Shown piece after piece: positions 46,650 through 62,684 of a DNA stretch of 64,000 nucleotides. Numbering within the stretch: the stretch's first letter is position 1; every line of letters begins with the position of its first letter. The stretch is taken from contig OZ176054.1 in assembly GCA_964247055.1 (NCBI GenBank), positions 6,510,001-6,574,000 of the forward strand, written 5' to 3'. The notes under the pieces are model-generated. The model was given only the letters and a program-made list of their open reading frames with translations. It was not told the DNA's origin and did not search any database. This DNA comes from Paragordius varius (taxonomy: Eukaryota; Animalia; Nematomorpha). The translations under genes and the position numbers were made by a program.

Positions 46650-49600
46650 TAATTAAAAATGGTCCAAAAATTTGAAATGATATTATATATAGTAAATTAC
46701 TTAGGCGTTACATATTTTTTTAAAATAGTATAATTAATACATGTATATATATGTATATATACGTTTCCTACAAATTCGCTATTGGATTGCACAATTCGTA
46801 ACGTATATAGATTGATTGATTTTTAAAATGAAAACAACCGTAAATTAATAAACTAAAACCAAAGGAAACAACTTGTGTAAATATGAAATGTAGAACAAAA
46901 GCACGATAAAATTAATAAGCCGTCTTTGAACTTTATTTTATATATAAATAATATATTGATTTAAGTAGATTAATTTATAAATAATAAGTCTCAAAAATGT
47001 AATGTATATCTAGATATGAATACAAGTATTTTTAGCAGGTCATTTCTCTATTACACATTATAAATCTTACTAATAAAATTTAAAACTTACAATTTAATTT
47101 TAGTTAATTAGACATATAAATAATTATTCCCCACCAATTTGAATTTTAAATAAAATCATCACAATAAATAATTCTACAGTTTATATATAATATATAGTGT
47201 TAATATTTCTAAATTTTTCAACCATAATACTTTTAGTATTTGATAATTATGATTGATGCTTACGCTAATGAAAGAAGAAAATTTAAAATTATATTCAAAT
47301 ACAAGCTTAGAGGAGTATAGAACTAAAAATCTTTTTCTGTATTAACCAATATTTATGTGGTTAGAGGTTAATTGACCTTTGTAACCTCAAAATGCTACCA
47401 TTTATACTCATAACGTGTAAGATATTGAAATATATTTTATTTTATCAATTTCGGGCAAAAAAAAATATAAAAGTATATAAAAACATAATGATATCCACCA
47501 AAATAATTCAGAGATGATAATACATGATAATATAATTGTTTTTGGGGTCAAATTCTGCAAGCATATTTTTGGCGTCCTATCAACTTATATTTTCCATCAT
47601 ATATGAACTATATATATATATAAGATAGATAGTTATATATAAAAAGAGCCAAATGCTTTAATTAAGTGATAGATTTTAAAATTTAACCGTTAACCTAAAC
47701 CACAATTCAACTGTGCAAAATATTTTGAAATACCAGATCAATCTAAAATTCTAGAAAGATGTGGCCCCTTTAACTTTTTGATCGTAAAACTTCTAAAGTA
47801 AGAAAAATACTAAGTCACATACAATGGCTAAAAATAGAAACAATAATATTATATTATACCACAAACATTTAATTATTATTAATATTATCATTGTTGTCGT
47901 ATAATTTTTATAATAGGATAATACATATGTGGTGTGTTTTTGCGTATAGCATTGTATTTAATTTTTGGAAATATATATATATATATTGGTCTTTTTTGCA
48001 TATATCAAACACATATTTGGAGGGAAAGGAGAGGGACGACAAAGTCATTTATCCTATATATTTATTCTAATGGTGTATTTAAAATTACATTTTTATGCAA
48101 CATGCAAAAAGTAATATGTTAAAGTCTTTTTTTTACTATTACCATGAAACTCTAAATTGGACATCCTTACAGGGTCGTGGGTTATTTTTAGTGTGCATTT
48201 TATGAGAGAAATGTAATAACTTTTATTTTGAAGATTCTCCTGACCCCAAACAAATCACAAATCCCTTTTATTTTTGGCACAAATTTAATTTGGTATCGCG
48301 TTAATTCAATTAAATGAGAAATAATTAATTATCGAAGCTTTAGAAAACGTCTAATTTTTAACGCAAAAATTGGGTAACTACCCCCTATAAACATTAATTA
48401 ATATGATATGTTATCGTCTGCTTTTTTCACATCTATGAGAATAATTATCGTTTGGTGAATTCAAAATGGTGGAAGGAAATTATTTTTAGCTGAAAATGTG
48501 GTATACTAAAGTTATATATATATATATATATTTATAGTTATCCTTTTTTATAATTTATACAGCGTATAAAAATAGTATTATTCTCCCAATATGGTTTTTT
48601 GGATTAAATTTATATTTTTCCCATCATTTAATTGCACAATGGGTACGTATGTATAAATTAATTTTTTATTAGCTATATTCGAACAAAATCTACTACTTAT
48701 TTACAGTATAATTTGAATAAATGACATATTTTCACGAAAAGAATTTAAAGCGTCTTTATTACAAATGGCCTGAAGCAAATAATTTAAATATATTTTTTAT
48801 TTCCGGTAAACTCACCTAGTTGATTCCATCTTAGCAAGTAACAAATATTTTTAAATTATTAAACTATATTTATATTGATTAAATCACCGAATTTGTTTTT
48901 ATTTTTTATCGCAAATTTGAGTATTCTATATCTACAACATAATTTATATAATCCGTATAAAACGCTTTATCGGTATATTTTGGTTATTTATAGTTCAGAA
49001 TACATTATTGATTAAGTTCTCTAATGCGTCCATAAATTATAATTAACCTAACTACTATGTATTTGAATATATAACGATATAATTGATGTTGTTTTAACAT
49101 AGGTGCATATGCATATCACCTTTGGAGGTATTTCTTGCTTTAATTCTTTTTACTTGTAAATTTAACACCTTAAAGCGCTATTATTTTTGCATATTTTTTA
49201 TATTATTTGTTTCAATTAAAAACATTTTGTTACAAATATGTATATATATATATATATTAAATTTTTGTGCTGCCATTAAATTTGTAGGGGAGTTTGATTT
49301 ACCTATAACTGTAAATATATTATTACACACACTATGGCTATTTATCAATATTATATATACTATTGAATAATTATGATCGTTAATAACAGGTATAATAATA
49401 ATAATAATAAAGAATTTATATTAAAATTTATGCGAAACTTAAAGAGAACCACAAAAAATAAGAAAAATGCAAATTTTTTTACAACTACCACTAATAATAT
49501 AATAAAATTCAATTTTACTCACATTTAATTGTATGCATAACACTTATAAAATTATTACCGTAATTATTCGCATAAACATTTAAATGTATATTTTTAATAT

Positions 49601-51963
49601 AAATATATAAAAATACCTGTGCTTGAGCCCCTGCCTTAATAAACATTGCACATTGAAACATTCTTCCATTTTTATTAGCCTAAATCTATTTTTAAGAAAT
49701 TTAGCAGCTAATATATTTCGTAAATGTTTTTTTTGAAATTTATCCGATTCGCAATATTATGTAAAACAGTTGTAGGTATACACATGCAACCATCAACCAA
49801 ATTCATTGTTTAAATATTATCACTTTCGCCAATCTAAAAATACACTCATTTAATTATGTTACGTGAAATTTGAACTCGTATTTTGCGTGTTTTTTTACAT
49901 CCGCGATTATTGTTATTTCCGATTTCGTAGAAGTTAATGAATCATCTCATCTATCTATCTAAATACCATCTCTTTTTTATTTTGCTATGCGCAATATGAT
50001 TCACACTGATAATTTTTTTGTTTCCGCAAACTTTATTTAAATTTGGTTTTTGGATATTTTGCCATATAATTTGTACATTTTAAAACGTTTCCTCCCCCGT
50101 GTGATATCATGTTTTAAATAGATAGCGCTTGAACAAATATTTACCGTTGGGCTTACCTTTGGCCTCAAAGACAAATGATACACATATACCCAACTCCTAA
50201 AACAATATATCATTATTGATGATACAAAAAGAAGACCATATTCTTCCCGATAAAAGGTAACAATTTTATGACATTATTATATGTTTTTTTGCATGCATCG
50301 CATATTTTGAATAATTTTAGCCAAAATTTTATTAATAGTTTTTACCATAATCTATTTATTAAGCTAAATGGAATTCGATTAAGGACCTAAATAATTCATC
50401 ACTGTCAGTTTTAGTATTTGTTTGAGTCTTCACCGGTTTAACAAATTGAACTTAAAATTCGGTTTAATTAAAGGTACAAGTTTATTAAGTTTTATAGCCT
50501 TTTTGTATAAAGAATTTCAATATCCCTTGTAAAATATAAGTCACCCTTTAAAATTTTTTAATAATTTTCACTATTTTCTCAAAGTATAAGTTTTCTCTAT
50601 CAAATTTTCACAACATTTAGTTATAATTTTATTCATTAATATCTTAATTTTTGTTACATTGGTATTTGTATCGAGTAAATAATATATGTTAATGTATTAT
50701 AGTAGCCTTAACATAAACAACTATAAGACAAAACCGGAAGTTATATTTTTTACATTTAGCTCATCTTCGATAAATTTTTTTACGCGTTTACTCAGTCAGT
50801 CAGTGTATGTAGTTTGTTTAATTTTAATGTAATCAATGTATTTATCATTATTATTATTTAAATTAATATTTTATCGGTGTTTATGCATGTAAATTTTGGA
50901 TAATTTTTAAATCTAAATTTGTATTGAGCATTAGGGATTTTTCCCTAAATGGTTCGTTGGGAAAAAATATTTTAACTATAAATGTGCTATACATCAATAA
51001 ATTGCGTGTAAAGAGTCATACTTTAAAATTGTCTCTGAAATTCTTAGCGAATTTTATTTTAAAAATTCCAAAATTTTTAGGAGAATATATTTTTATCTCT
51101 ATATAACTTTTTAATAAACTTAACCGGCTTCTCCTAATAATTTACAAAATCTTTGCTATACATTAAGTCAATTATATTATAATAGATTCTCAATTTTCAA
51201 TATAAAACTGTATTCGTAGATTTATATTAATTTCTAAATTGAAAAGATTGATTTGTTCTATCGACGCCTAAGAAAAATAGTTTAATATTTATAAATTATT
51301 AATATTTTTAGGTGATACCTTTTTATAACTAAGCCATGATGTGGAATTTGCGGCGAGTGATTTTTTGAAATTCTATAAATTCTTACATAATCAAAATTGT
51401 TGATAAAAACAGAAAAATCTAAAAATTGATATCAATATCCGTGGATATGAATACGAAAATTGAGCATTTGTGCATAAAAAATTATCAAGATATCATTCTA
51501 TATTTTATAGATGATACAATGATCCATCCATCCATCTCGGCTAAAATGTAATGGTGAAGGTGCCTTGAAAGCTGATAGCAACTGAGAATTAAATTTTAGC
51601 AAGCGTATGAATATTGAACGGAGAGGAGCTCAATCATTAAAATCTAGGAAGCAAGAATGGAAGTATATACATATCATATTTAAATCAAATGGGAATTTTA
51701 TATCTACAATGTAGAGCATATAAATAATACAAAATTGATTTGATTTGAGGATTGGAGAGGTTTTAATCATTAATTAACCCTAATTTATATATGTTCTAAG
51801 ACTCTTTTCGTATAAATACAGGATTGCAAAAAAACTTAACAGAAAATCCTAATAATTTGTTTGGCGTACAAAGGCTAAAGGACAATCCGCATCAATTTTC
51901 ATTAAAAATTTTAATGGCCTTTTTCAAACTATGAAAACCGAGTTTTTTTATGTTCCTTTAAAT

Positions 51964-52229
51964 CAGGACGTGTTCAACACGAATGCCTTTGCGGGTCGCA
52001 TTAGATCGAAAAATTCGGTTGGCCGCAATCGTACAATATAGGGGCATAAACAAATATTTCAATAGATTTTAGTTCTAAGACTGCAAAAACAACTATTTCT
52101 TTTGACATTTTTTGCTACTTTATTGCCGATATTCGGAAATATTTATCCCAAAATTTGTTTGAAAAAATAATTATTTTATGTTTCGTTCGCGCAAAAATAT
52201 TTTGGAGGGCCGCATGTTGGATACCCTAG
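51964..52229. mobile_element. hAT-type MITE (266 bp), same family as 26196-26463
   Basis: CAGGACGTGTTCAACACGAATGCCTTTGCGGGTCGCA...GGGCCGCATGTTGGATACCCTAG; TSD CTTTAAAT / CTATAAAT (7 of 8 match). Confidence 0.85.
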
Positions 52230-55200
52230 CTATAAATTACATAAAATATTTTAAAGTTTTTGACAAATATTAATGTTCTATATTGATTTGAACATAATAT
52301 ATAAAAACCTTTTTTTCTTCCATCTGATCAGATTTAGGTAAAAAATATCAATTTCTTTTTTTACAAAAAGATCAGATTTGAAAGAAACATCTCAAAAATA
52401 ATAATAATTTGGAAAAAGTGGTGGAGTGGAACCGTATTATATTTTAAGAGAGTTTACTCATTTTAAATGGTTGCGAGCTATAACTGATATTTTTGGATTA
52501 ATTTAATAATGAATTTTATTTTACATAAACGTATATGTATGCGCATGTCTTAGACATCAAAGACTACCAATTAATATATATTATTAAATACAATATGTGT
52601 ATGATAAAAATTGGTATCACGTTAGGCTAACAACCAAATATACCGCTTTTTTCTTTTAGTTTTAGCTGCGCGTTTCGTTGAAAATCGACCGAAAATTGAC
52701 AAGGTTATACGTCTAATTATATGGCAAGCAAAATAATTTAAATGCCGCATTTCATGATGTACTATAAATTTTACAAATATTAATGAAGATGTTATTATTT
52801 TCACAAATACCTTAAACCATAATGGCAACGGCGATTTGAGCTTTGGATTTTTTGAGTTTAACTAATGCGACGTGAAAAAAACCTGTTGGAAAGTGTATTA
52901 TTAATGCTACAGCTTTTAACTGCCAATATATATATATATATATATATATCTGATTTGGCTTGAGGAGAATGGAAGTTAACGCTATTAGCACTTAAACCGC
53001 TGTATATTATTCAGTTGATATTGATATTATTTGAACTTTCTTAAGTGGTAGTTCTTCTTCTAAAAAAACTTTCATCTCCACTATTAAGTCATAAGATAAT
53101 TCCAATTTTACCTTTAAGCCATTTAAAGTGACTGATGACAAAAGTATATGATTCAATGCTCATTCCACACCAACCTTCCCCTCAAACATTTAGATGCCTC
53201 TTAAGGATTTCTTTTCTAAGAAAATGGTTCTCTAAAAGAATTAATTTAACTTAATCAAAGACTTGCCGAACAACCCTTAAATAAGCGAAAGAGTTATCGA
53301 GTATATGAGGGCCCATTCTGCGTCAGTTATAACCATGGAAACAATACACGTGATGTAAAATTTATTGGCCTAGGATATGCTATAAAGTGCAAAAACTTAT
53401 TAAATTACTTAATCATCCATGCGTTGTGGTAAAACCTTAATGTGGTTAAGCCACCACTCAATGTTTATACAAAAAACTTTAAAACCGCCTGTTTTGCTTC
53501 ACTTCACCTGACTTCACATTAGTATATATCTATCTATCTATCTATCTATGTGGACATGTAACTTGGTAAAACCAACAGTGGAATGGAACAGCAATAAAAT
53601 TTTTGTCTTTTTATGGGGTGGCGTCGACATCCCCCATTTCCCTGTTCCTCAAAACAAACAAACAAACGAACCATTTAAATAATTGGATTTTTCCGATGCT
53701 TCCCCTAAAAATCTCATTAATATAATTTGTATATTATGTTATTAGGCACAATAGAGTGAATTAAAATTTTGTAAATATATATACAAGTATACTTTAAAAA
53801 ATTTGCATACTTGTAACAATACAAAGCTATTTTTGGCAATGCCTTTTGTTTGCATACTTTAGATAGATGGATAAATGTCCTCTCAGTTACTTTTTTAAAA
53901 CTCGCATAAAATTTATATTTTGGTAACATTTTTTTTTCATGAAAAATTTTTTTTAATTATACAATTGGAACACAAATGTAAAATATTTCAAGAATTTATT
54001 ATTTAATTTATATAAGTATATTTAATTTAGTTTTTTACATTGTTTTCAAGAATATGTATACTCTTTGGGGGCCTTTAGGCGAAAATTATTCTCAATGTGC
54101 TCATCATCTCATTTTCATATAAAATATTTATGGATGATGTAAAGTTACATACATATACGACTAACGACGCATTTGTTTAAATAAGGGGAGTGTATGTAGT
54201 TTGACGCATAAAAGTATTTTACATGTTTGATTTCCGTTTACCCCATATATTTTATTCAAAAGATTTGGTGAAATGGTTTATGTAAAAAAATTTAGCCCTC
54301 AAAAAATAAGAAATAAAACTTATATAATTGAATGTATATAGTTGTTAGTGCTCATCAGTTCTCTGAATTTCATATTGTAGTTATTAGTCCTTTATATAAC
54401 TTAATGCTTAAATCAGAAATTATGAATCACAAAATTTAGTTTTATATCAGTTATTATTTTATATATCATTTTTATTTGTGCTTGAAACGAACGACAAACG
54501 ATCAAATAAGTTTACAGTTCACAATAGGCAAAAATTGACACACCAGACCAATTTATGGACTGATTAGCAAATAAATCGAGAAAATGCCATTAAAAAATAT
54601 ATTTTATAAATTCAGGCCATGTCTCCCCTTAATTTAATTCGTTTATTTCTCATCTATTTTATTTTCACACGGAACATACATTGTTTCAAACATTATTTTT
54701 TTTAATTTAAAGTCATATATTTTTATTATCATTTTTGTCAACGATGTCCCTCTTTTATCCATCCAAATATAAACTTGTCAACTTTATATATCTATTTATG
54801 TAGAGAAGCTTTGATCATTTAATTTTATCCTATTTTGACTTTCATCAATTTGGCTCTATGTTTGAGACTTTTCTTCTTGTTATAAGGCGAGACACAGTTT
54901 TTTATAATTTTAAATTTGATGTTTATACTTGAGACACAAGATAAAAACGAAATAGTATACCTTTTATATACTCTTTTTATTTCATCATCAAATCAAATAT
55001 TATTTATATACACTTACTCTACCATTTTATTTAATTATCGTTGCTATTATAATTAAAGAAGGAATCAAAAAATCTTTTTATATGTCTGTTAGGTGGCAGG
55101 CAGTTCATTTTACATGTAAGTTTGTATGTCACCAAATGAGCCAAATATGCACAACAGAACATTGGACATTTGACTTTTGGTGTCCCACATACTTACATAT

Positions 55201-58200
55201 ACATTGTATGCGTATAATTTTGGACCACAACAATCTTTTTAACCCCAAAAGCATACATTTACGTTACTAGAAATAAAAATAATCCAAAAAATTCATTTTT
55301 GTAGTTAAAACAAACGATATAGATAAACTAACTATTAATTAGGAACTGAGGAGCAATACACCATATTTGGCTGGTATTAGGATCATTTATTAATGATGGT
55401 CAAAGTTTAACACAACTTTTTTCAAGCGCGCCAAATAAGTATTATTATCTATCTATATATAACTATATACTTTTTGTGCAAAAAATTTATGTCTCTGTGT
55501 GCATGCACATATATTATTATCTATCTATATCGATAAAATTATGATAAATTTTGTGGATTAATTTAACACAAAAGTGTATGTATATATAAATTTTGGCTTT
55601 TAGACCAAAGCAAAAACTCTCTAGCATAAAACATATACTCTACTTACTAGAAAAGAAAAAAAACCTCTATAAAATACGGAGAGACAACGACGAGCAAGAG
55701 AGAGAGGAACACCCCAAGAATAATAATGTCCTTTTTTGTCTGCACATTAAATATATCCCACCACTAGCTAGCTAGCTAAATGTATAAATAATAGGAGGCA
55801 ATGCAATATTAAATAGGAAATGCTTAGTTTTTGGTTGATTTTATTTTTATATATATGTTACATAAAGATGGAGGGGGGGTAGACCTATTATTATTATCAT
55901 TATCAGATGGTCTGTGAATCTTAATAATAATTTTGGATGGATGCGATATATTTGTATTTTATTACCACGACTAGTTCACAAATTATACACGATCATACAC
56001 AGATATACATATGTATAAATATCAATTTTTACTTAATCTTTTCCCATAAATAAGTTTTTTCATCTTCCAATTTTTGTTTGTCTCATCTAAATCATATCAT
56101 ATTTTGTGATCACTAATAATATAATAATATATTATAACCATAGCACTATTCAGCATCAAACACATATATATTTGGGGATACATGAAAATTCAATCGCATT
56201 ATATATATAGAGTTTTTGTCATTCTTCTTCACATGCGTTGTAATCCCAATATATATTACTATTTTTATAATTTTTATTGATTGGTTATACTTGTAAAAGG
56301 CGAAAAAGCCATATCTGGTGTGTTAAAAAACTACCGTGTCAATAAATAATGTTTTCTTAATCCAAAAATTGATTTTACCTTATTTGTAGAGAGGGGGAGA
56401 ACGGCGGAACACATAAATTACATTCTCACACACTTTTGGTTGTTTTGTTCCCAAATAAAAAAATCTTTTTTATTTATGGACGCGGATCCCCCCTTTTATA
56501 CTGTCGTTTTATTTTACAATTTAAGAAAACCACAAAAAGATTTACAGAGACTATCAATCATTTAAATCTTATAATAATATTATTTTTAAATATGTGTGTG
56601 CGTTCATCATGGAAAGTGTCGTCTTTTTTTCTCGCCTGAAACTAAATTATGGGAATTGGTGCTAAATTCATAAAGATTTACAAGTAACTTTTTATTTTTA
56701 TCATTATTTTTATTAGTATTTCTACCATTATTATTATTCTTCTTATAAATTTAGAAGAAATCATATTACACATAGTACATGTAATTTATGACACTCATAA
56801 ATTACCATTGATAAAAATGAAATAAATTTGATTTTGGACAAATTAAATAAAAAACATTGTTATCAATCATACATGTACGTATTATAATCATAATCCCATT
56901 AAAAATTAAATTTTGAATTCTAAAATGTTCTCAATATCAATCATAAATCATACACATATTGAATATAAATTAATGTTTTGTTATGCAACAATGAATGTTT
57001 CCACCATAACTATTAATTAATATTTGATGAATCTACACACACACACATACATACATTATATAGGTTTAATTTATTCAAATTTTAAATAATTGTAATTGTA
57101 ATCTTTTTGGATTTACTGGTGCTTAATTAATAACCAAAAATGGGAAAGATATTATGAATTAAATTTTATATATATATCTGTATATAATATATTAGAATAA
57201 TGTGTGTTTTCTAACATTTATCTCATAGCAAGCAAGAATTTTGAATTTTATCACAAAACGTTGTTGTTAATTTGAATTAAATTATTATATTATATTATGT
57301 GTATATAACCAAAATTTAAATTAATTTGAGAGATAGAGGCAAACACATTTTATATATTTTTATATCATTATTTGTTTATAGAAGAAATTAAAAAAAATGT
57401 TGATAAATGTTTATTTTTTGTAATGTATTTATCCCTCTCCTCTCAAATATGTGTTAAAGCGGATGTGGTGGTGGTAACGCACATATAAGCGAGGCGAGTT
57501 TGCTTGCTTGCTTGAGTATTCAAATAAAGATTAGTGGTGTTAGGTTAGGTTAAATTGCACATATTCTAATTTAGCTTTTTACGCGCAACAACCGTTTTAT
57601 GATGGTATAGGTATTGGTATGTATATATGTAAAAATATAGGTAAAAAATTTATGGTTATTACTTACACATATTTGAATACTATTTTTTAGCGAATATGAT
57701 AACCATATTACTTGAAGTTTATTTCAAAAAAATGGTGGGATATTAACCTGTCGTTTCATTTGAATAACCCTAACCTACCAAAGGTTTGAACAATATTTTC
57801 AAGCGCTAAATGTATATCGACTATACTTACTACTTTTTATTCTTTAGCTCGGTCATGGCTTTATCCAATAGGATGACATCGTTACAAAATTTGTCCCGTT
57901 CCATATTTTAAACAATCATCATATATATCCGTTTTATATCAATCGTTTCGCAACAAACCTGGTTTTCACAGTGATTTGACAGATAATTAGTTTGGTTAGG
58001 AATTCAATGAAAATTTTAACCATACCTCTTTTGTATTGAAGTGGTAGGTTAATTATTTTCATGCCGAATTCCTAACATTAAAAATTCTGAGATCATTGTG
58101 AAAGCTGATTTTGTTGTGGAAACTTTTGCCTCGCTCACTATAATCTACCAACGAATATGAAAACTGGGAAAACGTTTTTATTCATATGTTTTATACAAAA

Positions 58201-58740
58201 TATTTATTCAATAAATTACCAATAAAATAAAAGAGATCATTTCATGGAACAAAGGTAAGATGTGGGTATATTGTAATAAAAAAATACAAGTTATAATTAA
58301 TTACATGCTAATTAAATTAGTATTTAATGATATATGTGATAAGAGAATGTATCAAAAAAAATTTTTTTTAGACATTTATTCGAATCATATATTTATTTTT
58401 ATCAGTTTACTCCTCCGACTCTAGTTCGAAAGATGATTGTGACAGACAGACAAACAACAAAATGGTTGATACTTTGCTGACCACCACCATTCCAAATTTA
58501 TTATATTGCGCAGATTAACAATAAGAGTTATCTCTCCCTGATAAACATTTTGGATTGTTTCGCATATATACACTCTGCTCTCTAGGGATCTTTCCAATCC
58601 AACAGTATATATTGTTTAGATTATTATATAAATGGTATCTGTGTTTAACCAGAGTCAGTCTAAAACACAACCACAGTGTAAAAGGTCGTTTAATTATTAT
58701 TATTAATATTGTATTGTGTATTAAATTGATGAATGAACAA

Positions 58741-59837
58741 TTATTTATAAGTTGTGTTGTACTCAATATTATTTTGATATTGAGTTGTCGCGTTTTCATA
58801 CCTGGGAGTTTTATCATTGTCGCCCAATACGTAGGAAGACTGATATGGATAACTGAGTGACAAAGGCGCAATGTGGTTATCAAAAATATCATCGCTTTTG
58901 TTTAATGGTAGTGTAGGAGTTTCAAACCCAACTGATGTATCCATTCGATTGGATGTATTTAATATTGGGTTGATTAAATCCGACGAGAGTGGAGGAAGAA
59001 AATTTAAATTATTAATATTTTTATTATTATCGTCTTGTAATAAAAATTTTCCATCTTTACGCGTACTACCTTCATTTATTTTGGAGGGATGGTTGTAGGA
59101 AACAACCTTATCGTCATTTATTTGGTCAATAAACCCATTTACGGTACATTCTGTGAAATTTGGCCTAGTTTCCTCATCAATGATCCCAGACTCATGAACA
59201 GGGTTTAATAAATGCCTATCATTATACATTATTGGATTATGTTCGCTAAAATAGGTCGTTTTTGGTGAATTTAAAAACCTAGATGTATGGTAACTGTCCA
59301 ACGTTGCAGTGTTGTCATTTATTTGAGATGGGTTATTATGGGTAGATTGTGAGGACATGTAAATAGCAGAAAATATATCATTTTTAGGCAAACTAAGATC
59401 CATTGGAGGTAATTGAGCACTGTTTTCCGATAATCCGATTGAGTTTAAATATTGTTTCCAATATGCCGATTGCATATCTTGATTATGTATAGATGAATCA
59501 TTTATATTATTTTGCAAATTGTAAGGGTATGCATTTTGTTCAGGTTGAACATAATATGTATTATTATTATTTGCATATTCGTCCTTGTTGTATAAGGTGG
59601 ACATCTCATTTAAATAATTGCTTGTCGCCATGTCAACCGTGTGTGAGACTAAGTGATTGCTATTAACAATGTTTTTACTATTGTAATCCATATGGTTATA
59701 ATTGTGGTTTTGCTGATTGTTCCACAAATGGGAATCATAAAAGCTTGCAGGGTTGATGGAAGACATTTCCTGCGATGATTGGTTCATCAAAGAAAAATGG
59801 TAATTTTGAAGGGTTTGTTGTTGATGACAGCCCATGT
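58741..59837 (-). CDS. Probable terminal exon of the SoxE gene (364-codon N/Q/S/H/Y-rich, transactivation-like region)
   Basis: Longest ORF in the window. Preceded by acceptor TTTTTTAG (phase 1), same strand and ~2.9 kb downstream of the HMG exon. The junction to the HMG exon is not resolved. Confidence 0.65.
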
Positions 59838-60755
59838 CTAAAAAATATGAAATAAAAAAGATTTATGTTTAATGCAATATGCAACAAAACCACACAACAA
59901 ATTAACTATGCAAAAAGCCCAAACACAACATTACTTAATCAAAAGCAAAAACCATTCATTTTATATGTTGTGTGTTGGTTAAAGCTAAAAGAAACAGTTT
60001 TTTTAGCAGTACTGGATAAATCAATCAGAGATAATAATAGTTGTAGTAACATTAACATATCAATCCTTTGTTTAATATTACATTCATATTTTATAAATAA
60101 GCTGTCTGTCCCCTTTCTCTCTATTGTGAGTTATTAATTTTTTGTGTTTATTAAAAAAAACCTTTTAGCAACAAAAAATCAAATTGCGATTCATTGGTTT
60201 TTTTTCTTCGAAAAACTATCACACATCATATGCCTTATGCATAAATTTTAAATTGGTATAATTAAGATTGTAGATATTAATATATATATGTGAAACTACC
60301 CATTGACTGCATTTTTATAGTGGCTTATTCAACCACCATTTTTTGATTAAAAATCACAAAAAATGTTTAAGTTTCCTCTCTTAAATGTGCATTAATCTTA
60401 ATCATTCTTATGGAATAATAGATTTTTAACATCCACATATAAAATTTTAGCCATTAATAATAATAATAATAATTTGTGACAACACCATAAGAAAAAAGAG
60501 TAAAAGTTACAAGTGCCAAAAACTGTTTAGCTTAAATACGTCATCCACGTGTAAACAATTAGCTTGGAGACATAATTTTTTCTTCTCTTTATTTAAAGCC
60601 GTTGTTTTTAAAATTTATACATATGCATATTAACTAGAAGTTTAGGTTTCATTAAACCCCTTATCAGAAAAGCTTGTATAATTCCATAATTAAATTTTTA
60701 CCAGATTTCATAATAATTTTTTCCAATCATATAGTGAATGACCGTTTTTAATAAA

Positions 60756-60793
<38 letters not shown>

Positions 60794-62684
60794 TTATAAA
60801 TAAAAAATTCTTAGTAAATTTAAGTTGCTCCCTATTCCTAAACGACTAAGTATGGAGACTAGGTAGTTGTTTAATTAGTAAAAAAAACAACATTGAGTTG
60901 TTTAAATTACACCATTTATTGATTTAATTTAATTTAGTGATTTGTAGCATTGACTCTGATTTAGAAAAAATGGCTTCTTAATTAAAACGCACGCAGTTTT
61001 TTTGTAATTCCTTTGGAGGGAAATCAACATTTTAAAATTTGATAGTGAGAGCGTGTGTTGAAATGGAAGTTCATGTGTTAAGGATGTAACGTGTAATGTC
61101 TATGTGTCTTAGCCTCAAAATAATTTTTGATAGCAAACGAAAAAGACTTGTCTTGAATTTTAATTGAAAACAAAATAAATAGTAAATGAGTAAAACAAGT
61201 TAAAAATTAATGTTAGCCAATAAACTATAATATGGCGAAATATTTGATAAAATAATTTGTTATTTCACATATAAAAAGCATAATTGGTTATAATATAAAC
61301 CAAAACCCTTACCCATAACTAAGCTCCTATTTTCGGATAAAAATTGTTGATTGTCATCTGGGCTGTAAAATGAGTCAAAATTTATGGTTTTATTGTTGAT
61401 AACATTCGAAGGTTCCATATCTAAGGCAGCCTATAATTTATAAAATAGGTAAATATTTTTATGTTGTATTGAATGTATTTATAATCAAAAACAATTATTA
61501 AATTTTTAAAGGAAATCAAAAATCGTAGCATTATGTAGATTCGAATAACATAATTAGCGCAAATTATTTAAATTTATATAGAGATGAGGTTGGACATATT
61601 TTTTATATCAGTTTATTATTTATAAAATTTGCAATAAGATCAAAATATGTGCTAGGTTGGGTAAATTAAAAATTAAGTTAGAAACCGCCATCGTTTACTT
61701 AGCCCTAAAATTTAAACAGAACCCGGTCCTGATTTTTTTTAAAATGTATCCTAAATAATGTTAGATTTTATCTATCAATACTAACCTTGGCTTCAAATCC
61801 ATTCTTTAAGACATAGATTGACATTATATAATTTATAAACCGCCATTTGAGCTTTTTTTTCAAAAAAAATGGCTTTAATATTGTAAAATAACAACTAACT
61901 ATGTTTGAAAATCCGGTATACATAAATATACATTGAGAAGTGTTCTAAAATTTTTTACCATAAAATATTTTTAACTAAAACAAGTATTTCATGTTGATAA
62001 AATATATATGCTCAATTTTTCCTTACCCCACATAATTTGGCCCAATAATTCAAAAATCTTTAGGTAAAAAACTGAGTAATCATGTATCGAATTTTATGAC
62101 AAAACCTATTATGTGTAAAAATATTTTAGCTTACGTTTTTACTATTTCATTTATTTTTATTTGAACTGATTTGCCGAAAATGCCCTTTGTTTAGCTTGTT
62201 AAAAACTGGATTTTTGTTGGAATTCAAACCTTATAACAATGCTTTATAAAGGATGTATAGAAACAGTTGTAAACATTACCTTTATGAATCTATATTTTAT
62301 GAACGAAATTGTCCGCAATATTCAATATTTAATTAATTATTATATGAATAAAACTGTTTTTGTGCGTATATACCTTGATTTACAGAAAATGATTTGATAT
62401 CCATTTTTATTCAAAACAATAGTTGTAATATATAAGGTTAATCGAAGACCCTTTAAAAATTTTTTTACTTCAAAACATTTTGATATTTTTTAGCTTTTCT
62501 TATAAAAATTAATTGGTAATTTTAAGTAAAATTTTTTTTTAAGAAATAGGAATCGGTTGGAATCAATTTTATTTTTGGAGCTCGGTTTAAAATGCTACTT
62601 TTTTAAATCACCTTAGATCAATTTTTTCAAGAACCAACTTGGATATTCTAACCAGGGATCTTTGAGTTACACTTTTAAGACATA

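Noticed and set aside
57540-57551. TTAGGTTAGG as an interstitial telomere
   Set aside because: Only two units; expected by chance.
58515-58892. Overlapping ORFs (125 aa minus, 101 aa plus) at the SoxE 3' end as small membrane proteins
   Set aside because: Hydrophobicity comes from AT-rich codons; no motif; most likely 3' UTR.
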